A stretch of DNA of 64,000 nt from the human T2T-CHM13v2.0 reference genome, Homo sapiens. A program made the translations under genes and the position numbers. Location of the stretch: NCBI RefSeq assembly GCF_009914755.1, contig NC_060940.1. One strand, written 5' to 3'. This document shows positions 56,491 through 64,000 of this stretch, piece by piece. Each line of letters begins with the position of its first letter. The first letter of the stretch is position 1. The notes under the pieces are model-generated. The model was given only the letters and a program-made list of their open reading frames with translations, was not told the origin of the DNA and searched no databases.

Positions 56491-59400
56491 GGAATGGAAT
56501 GGAATCATTGAATGAAATTTAATGGAATCACCAATGAAAGGAATTGAACGGAATCATCGTCAAACGGAATCAAGTGGAATCATCGAATGGAATCAAATGG
56601 AATCATCATCGAATGGAATCAAAAGCAATTATTGAATGGACTCAAATAGAATCATAGAATGGACTTGAATGGAATAATCATCGAATGGAGTAGAATGGAA
56701 TCACCGAAAGGATCCGAGTGGAATCATCATCGAATTGAATCGAATGGAATCATCGAATGGACCCGAATGGAATCATCATCGAATGGAATATAATGGAATC
56801 ATCATCGAATGGAATCAAATGGAATCATCTAACGGACCTGGATGGAATCATCACTGAATGGAATAAAATGGAATCATAATCAAATGGAATCGAATGGTAT
56901 CATCTAATGGACAGGACTGGAATCACCATTGGATTGAATAGAATGGAATCATCACTGAATGGAATCGAATGCAAACATCATCGAATAGAATTGAATGGAA
57001 TCATCAAATTGAATCGAATCGAATCATCATAAATGGAATCAAATGGAATCATCAAATGGAATCTAATGGAATCATTATCGAATGGAATGGAATAGAATCA
57101 TTGAATGTAATTGAATGGAATCACCAATGAAGGGAATCGAGCGGAATCATCGTCAAATGGAATCAAGTGGAATCATCGAATGGAACCTAAAGGAATCATT
57201 GTCGAATTGAATGGAATGGAATCATTGAATGGAAATGAATGGAATCACCAATGAATGGAATCGAATGGAATCCTCATCGAATGGTTTCAAAAGGAATCAT
57301 CAAATGGACTCAAATGGAATCATCATCAAATGGAAACATGTGGAATCATTGAATGAACTTGAAATGATTCATAATCGAAAGGAATCAAAATGAATCATCC
57401 TCAAATGGAATCACATGGAATCATCATGGAATAGAGTCATACAGAATCATCATCAAATGGAATTGAATGGAATCATCAATTGCACTCGAATGGAATCATC
57501 AAAAGAATCGAATGGAAGCATCGAATGGATTCGAATGGAATCATCATTGAATGGAATAGAATGGAATCATCGAAAGGACTCGAATCAAATCATCAAATGG
57601 ACTCGAATGGAATCGTCATCGAAAGGAATTGAATAGAAACATCAGATGGAATCGAATGGAATCAACATCGAATGGAATCGAATGGAATCATAGAACAGTA
57701 TTGAAATGAATCATCATCGAATGGAATCAAATGGAATCATCATCGAATGGAATCCAAAGCAATTATTGAATGGACTCAAATGGAATCATTGAATGGACTT
57801 GAATGGAATCAGTATCGAATGGAGTAGAATGGAATCACTGAATGGGCCCGAGTGGAATCATCATCGAATTGAATCGAATGGAATCATCAAATGGACCCGA
57901 ATGGAATCATCATCGAATGGAATATAATGGAATCATCACTGAATGGAATCAAATGGAATCATCTAACGGACAGGGATGGAATCATCACTGAATGGAATAA
58001 AATGGCATCATAATCAAATGGAATCAAATTGAATAATCTATTGGACACGAATGGAATCATCATTGGATTGAATAGAGTGGGATCATCATCAAATGGAATC
58101 GAATGGAATCATCTAATGTAGTCGAATGGAATCATCATCTAATGGAATAGAATGGAATCATTGAATGGAATTGAATGGAGCAATCATCGTATGGAATTGA
58201 GTGGAATTATCGAATGGACTCGAAATTAATCATAGGAGAATGGAATCGAATGGAATCATCTAATGGACTCAAATGGAATCAACATCGAATTTAATATAAT
58301 GGAATCATCATCGAATGGAATCAAATGGAAGCATCTAACGGACCCGAATGGAATCATCACTGAATGGAAAAAAAATGGAATCTACGTCGAATGGAATCAA
58401 ACGAAATCATCTAATGGACACTAATGGAATCATCATTGGATTGAATAGAATGGAATCATCATCGAATGGAATTGAATGGAATCATCTAAAGGACACGAAT
58501 AGCATCATCATTGCATGGAATTGAATGGAATCATCTAATGTACTCGAATGGAATCATCATCTCATGGAATAGAATTGAATCATCAAATGGAATCGAATGG
58601 AGTCATCATCATATGGAATCAAGTGGAATCATCGAATGGACTTGAAAGTAATCATCGGGGAATGGAATTTAATAGAATCATCAAATGGACTCGAATGGAA
58701 TCATCATCGAATGGAATCAAAAGGAATCATGGAATGGACTTGAATGGAATCATTGAACGGACTCGAATGAAATCATCATCAAACGGAATCAAATGGAATA
58801 ATCGAATGGACACGAATGCAGTCATCATCGAATGGAATCGCATGGAATCATCGAATGGAATCGAATGGAATCATAATTGAATGGAATCGAATGGAATCAT
58901 CATTGAATGGAATCTAATGGAATCATCATCGTATGGATTCTAATGGAATTATCATCTAATGGAATCGAATGGAATCATCAATGAATGGAATCGAATGAAG
59001 AAATCGAATGGAATCCGTTGGAACCATCATAGAATGGAAATTAATGCCGTCATCATCAAATGCAATCGAATGCAATCATCATCGAGTGGAATCGAAAGAA
59101 ATCATCATCGAATGGAATTGAAGGGAATCATCATCGAATGGAATAGAAAGGAATCATCATCGAATAGAATCCAATGGAATCATCGAATGGAATGGAATGG
59201 AATCATCATTGAAATAAATCGAAGGGAATCATCAAATGGAATTGAACGGTATCATCAAATGGAATTGAATGGAATCGTCATCGAATGGGATCAAATATAA
59301 TCATCAAATGGACACGAATGGAATAATCGAATAGCTAGAATTAAATCATCGAATGCTATCGAATGGAATCATCGATTGGACTCTAATGGAAGCATCATCA

Positions 59401-62400
59401 AATGGAATCAGATGGAATCAATGAAGGAGCTCGAATGGAATCATCGAATGGACTCGAATTGAATCATCATTGAATGGAATCAAATGGAATCATCGAATGG
59501 ACCTGAATGGAATCATCATCGAATGGAATACAATGAAATCATCATGGGATGGAATCGAATGGAATCATCACAGAATGGAATCGAATGGAATCATCGAATG
59601 GACTCGAATGGAATAATCGAATGGACTCGAATGGATTCATTGAATGGAATTGAATGGATTCATCAAATGGACTCGAATGGAATCATCATCGAATTGAATC
59701 GGATGGAATCAACGAAGGGACTCGAATGAAATCATCGAATGGACTCGAATTGAATCATCATCGAATTGAATCTTAAGGAATCATTGAATGGCCTCGAATG
59801 GAATCATCATTGAAATGAATCTAATGAAATCATCATCGGATGGAATCGAATGGAATCATCACTAAATGGAATAGAATGGAATCATCGAATGGAATCGAAT
59901 GGAATCATCATTGAATGGAATAGAATGGAATCATCAAATGGAATTGAATGGAATCATCGAATGGAATTGAATGGAATCATCATTGAATGGAATCGAATGG
60001 AATCATCGAATGGAAACAAACGGAATCATCATCGAATGGAATCCAATGGAATTATCAAAAGAAATAGAATGGAATCATTATCGAATGGAGTAGAATGAAA
60101 TCATCATCGAATGGAATCCAATGGAATCGTCAATGAAGGGAATCGAATGGAATCATCATCAAATGGAATCGAATGGAATCAACAACAAATGGAATCGTAT
60201 GGAATCATTGAATGAAATCCAATGGAATCATTACCAAATAGAAACGAATGGAATCATCGAATGGACTTGAATGGAATCATCATCGAAGGGAATCTTATGG
60301 AATCATCGAATGGACTCGTATGGATTCATCATCGAATGAAATCGAATGTAATCATATAATGGAATCAAATGGAATCATCATTGAATGGAATAGAATAGAA
60401 TCATCGGATGGAATCAAATGGAATCATCAATGAATGGAATCGAATGGAATCATTTAAAGAATTCGAATGGAATCTTCATCAAATGTAAACAAATGGAATC
60501 ATCGATAGGACTCGAATTTAATCATCATCAAATGGAATTGGATGGAATCAATGAAGGCACTAGAATGGAATCATCGAATGGACTTTTATGGAATCATCAT
60601 CGAATGGAAACGAATGGAAACATGGAATGGAATTGAATGGAATCATCATCGCATGGAATCAAATGGAATCATCGAATGGAATTGAATGGAATCATCCAGT
60701 GGAACCGAATGCAGTCATCCTCGAATGGAATTCAATGCAATCTTGAATGGACTCGATTGGGATCATCATTGAATGGAATCGAATGGAATCATTGAATGGA
60801 CTCAAATGCAATCATCGAATGGACTTGAATGGAATCATCATCTAATGGAATAGAATGGAATCATCGATTGGACAAGAATGGAATCATCATCAAATGGAAT
60901 CGAATGGAATCATCAAATGGATTCGAATGGAATCATCATTGAATGGAATCATTTGGAATCATTGAATGATCTCGAAATAAATCATAATCAAATGTTACTG
61001 AAAGAATCATCATCGAATGGAATCATGGAATGGAATCCAATGGAATCATCTTCGAATAGAATTGAATGGAATCATCGAGTGGACTAGAATGCAGTCATCA
61101 TCAAATGGAATCGAATGGAATCATCAAATAGAATCGAATGTAATCGTCATTGAATGAAATCGCATTGAATTATCAAATGGACTCGAATGGAATCATCGTC
61201 GAATGGAATCCAATGGAATCATCTACTGGACTAAAATGAAATCATCATCGAATGGAATGGAATAACCAAATGGATTCTAATGTAATCATCATCGAATGAA
61301 ATAGAAAGGAATAATCGAATGGAATCATCATCAAATGGAATTGAATGGAATGATCTAACTGACTCGAATGGAATCATTGTCGAATGGAATCAAAAGGAAA
61401 CATTGAATAGACACGAATTGAATCATTATGGAATGGAGTCGAATGGAGTCATCATCAAATGGAATCGTATAGAATCCTCATCAAATGGAATTGAATAGAA
61501 TCATCGAATGTAATAGAATAGAATAATGTTCGAATGGAAACAAAATGAATCATCAAATGAAATCAAATGGAATGATCATCAAATGGAATCGAATGGAATC
61601 ATCATCAAATGGAATCAAACAGAATCATCATCAATTGGAATGGAATGGAATCATTGAATGGATTTGAACGGAATCATCATTGAATGGAATCGAATCTAAT
61701 CTTCGAATGGACTCGAGTGGAATTATGATAGAATGGAATCGAATGTTGTCTTCGAATGCACTTGAATGGAATAATCATCGAATGCAATCAAAGGGAATCA
61801 TCATCGAATGGAATCGATTGGAATCATCATCAGATGGAATTGAATGGAATCCTCGAATGGAATAGAATTGAATCAACATTGAATGGAATCGAAGAGAATC
61901 ATCAAATGAAATCGAATGGAATCATCATCGAATGGAATCGAATGGAATCATCATCGAATGGAATCAAATCGAATCATCATCGAATGGAATCAAATGGAAT
62001 CATCAAAGAATGGAATCAAATGGAATCGTCATTGACAGGAATCAAATGGAATAATCACCGAATGGAATCACAAGGATCATTGAATGGAATCCAATGTAAT
62101 CATCATTGAATTGAACCTAATGGAATCATTACATGGAGTCGAATGCAATCATCGAATAGACTCAAATGTAATCATCATTGAATGGAATAGAATGGAATCA
62201 TCAAACGGAATCAAATGGAATCATCATCAAATAAAATCCAATAAAATCATCGAATGGTCTCAATTGGAATCATCATCCAATGGAATCAAATGTAATCATC
62301 GAATGGACACGAATGGAATCACCATTGAATGGAATCAAATGGTATCATCGAATCGACTCTAATGGAATCATCATCAAATGGAATCGAAAGGAATAATCAA

Positions 62401-64000
62401 ATGTATTTGAATGGAATCATCGAATGGACTCGAATGGAATCATCACCAAATGGAATCGAATGGTATCACCAAATAGAATCAAACGTAATAATCTTCAAAT
62501 GAAATTGCATTAAATCATGGAATGGACAAGAATGGAGTCATCATCAAATGGAATCAAATGGAATCATCGAATAGACTCATATATAATAATCATCGAATGG
62601 AATGGAAAGGAGTCATCAAACGAAATCAATGGAATCATCATCGAGTGAAATCAAATGGAATAATTGAATGGCACAAAATGGAATCATCATCGAATGGAAT
62701 CATCTAAAGGACACGAATGGACTAATCATTGAATGGAATCGAAAGGAAACATCGAATGGACACAAATGGAATCATCACCGAATGGAATTGAATGGAATCA
62801 TCATGAAATCGAATCAAATAGGATCGTCATCGAATGAAATCGAAAGGAATCATCACTGAATGTAATTGAATGGAATCATCATTGAATGTAATTGAATGGA
62901 ATCATAATTTAAAGGAATCGAATGGATTCATCATCAAATGGAACCAAACAGAGTCATCATCGAATGGAATTGAATGGAATCGTAATCAAATGGAATCGAA
63001 TGGAATCATCAAATGGAAACGAATGCAATCATCGACTGTGCTTCAATGGAATCATCATGGAATGGAATCGAATGCAATCATCGAATGGGCTCGAATGGAA
63101 TCATCATCAAATGGAAACAGATGGAATCATAGAATGGACTTGAATGGAATTATCGAATGGACTCGAATGGAATCATCATTGAATGGAATTGAATGGAATC
63201 ATCGAAAGGTCTGAAATGGAATCATTACCGAATGGAATCGAATGGAATCATCAAATGGAATCGAATGGAATCATCATCGAAAGGAATTGAATAGAATCGG
63301 CATCGAATAGGATAGAATGGAATCATCATCGAATGGAATTTTCATCAAATGGAATCGAATGGAATCATCATTGAATAGAATCGAATGGGATCATCGAATA
63401 AATCGAACAGAATCTTCATCAAAAATAATCGAATTAAAACAAATAATGGAATACAACATACTCATTGAATGGAATCGAATGGAATCATCATTGAAATGAG
63501 TTGAATGGAATCATCATCAAATGGAATCATATAATGGACTTGAATGGAATCATCGAATGTACTCGAATGGCATCATCATGGAATGGAATCATATGAAATC
63601 ATGGAATGCACTCGAATGGAATCATCGAATGGACTCAAATGGAATCAACGTCAGCTGGAATCGAAAGGAAATATCGAATGGACTCGAATGGAAACATCAT
63701 TGAATGGAATCTAATGGAATCATCGAATGGACTCGATTGGAATCATCATCGAATGGAATCAAATGGAATCATCAAATGGAATTGAATGGAATCATCATCG
63801 AATGGAATCAATTGGAATCATCAATGAATGGAATCGAATGGAGTCATGGAATGGAGTCCGTTAAAATCATCATCGAATGGAACCGAATGCAGACAACATC
63901 AACTGGAATCAAATGGAATAATCGAATGGACGTGATGGAATCATCATTGAATGGAATCAGAAAAAGTCATTGAAAGGACTAGAATGGAATTATCATCGAG
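56491..64000 (-). repeat. Diverged HSat2 without recognisable HOR (probable older peripheral layer)
   Basis: No HOR landmark recurs at high identity; more off-consensus words; only local degenerate duplications. Confidence 0.75.

Larger units (their letters stand above)
37390..64000 (-). repeat. HSat2 array in inverted orientation (GAATG-rich strand on +)
   Basis: Continuous GAATGGAATC GAATGGAATC ATCATC units, the reverse complement of the left block. The ORF track flips from - to + here with the same landmark peptides. Confidence 0.96.

Noticed and set aside
58368-58375. Short A-run (GGAAAAAAAATGG)
   Set aside because: A mutated GGAATAAAATGG paralogue (compare ~56860 and ~57994), not a retrotransposon tail.
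126-63973. Numerous ORFs with MESSNGIEWNH-type peptides
   Set aside because: They are direct translations of the GAATGGAATC strand, which is ATG-rich and relatively stop-poor. They overlap in several frames, flip strand with the satellite, and are freely broken between units. Used only as positional landmarks.
1-64000. CRISPR-like repeat-spacer array or microbial repeat system
   Set aside because: No unique spacers, no constant repeat and no associated genes; the variation is satellite divergence.
1-64000. HSat3, alpha satellite or CENP-B boxes
   Set aside because: No long pure CATTC runs, no recurring CAACCCGAGT, no 171-bp monomers, and no CENP-B box noticed by eye.

Overview
The whole 64 kb is human-type classical satellite II (HSat2): degenerate CATTC pentamers in 23/26-bp units, (ATTCCATTCG)2(ATG)1-2. 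I found no credible gene, RNA gene, transposon or CRISPR array; the listed ORFs are read-throughs of the repeat. The interest is architectural. (1) 1-27.5 kb is a homogeneous array of a 6,112-bp higher-order repeat (HOR), with units of 4964, 6101, 5343, 4912 and 6112 bp; from memory a ~6.1-kb unit fits HSat2B on chr16, unverified. (2) 27.5-37.4 kb holds longer and rearranged transitional units. (3) A sharp strand inversion at 37,389/37,390 carries a perfect 14-bp-arm palindrome. (4) 37.4-56.5 kb holds two inverted copies of a ~12-kb unit, and four deletions (2848+99+2077+761 bp) convert it into the 6.1-kb HOR. (5) 56.5-64 kb is diverged satellite without the HOR. All sizes come from manual landmark comparison, not computed alignments.
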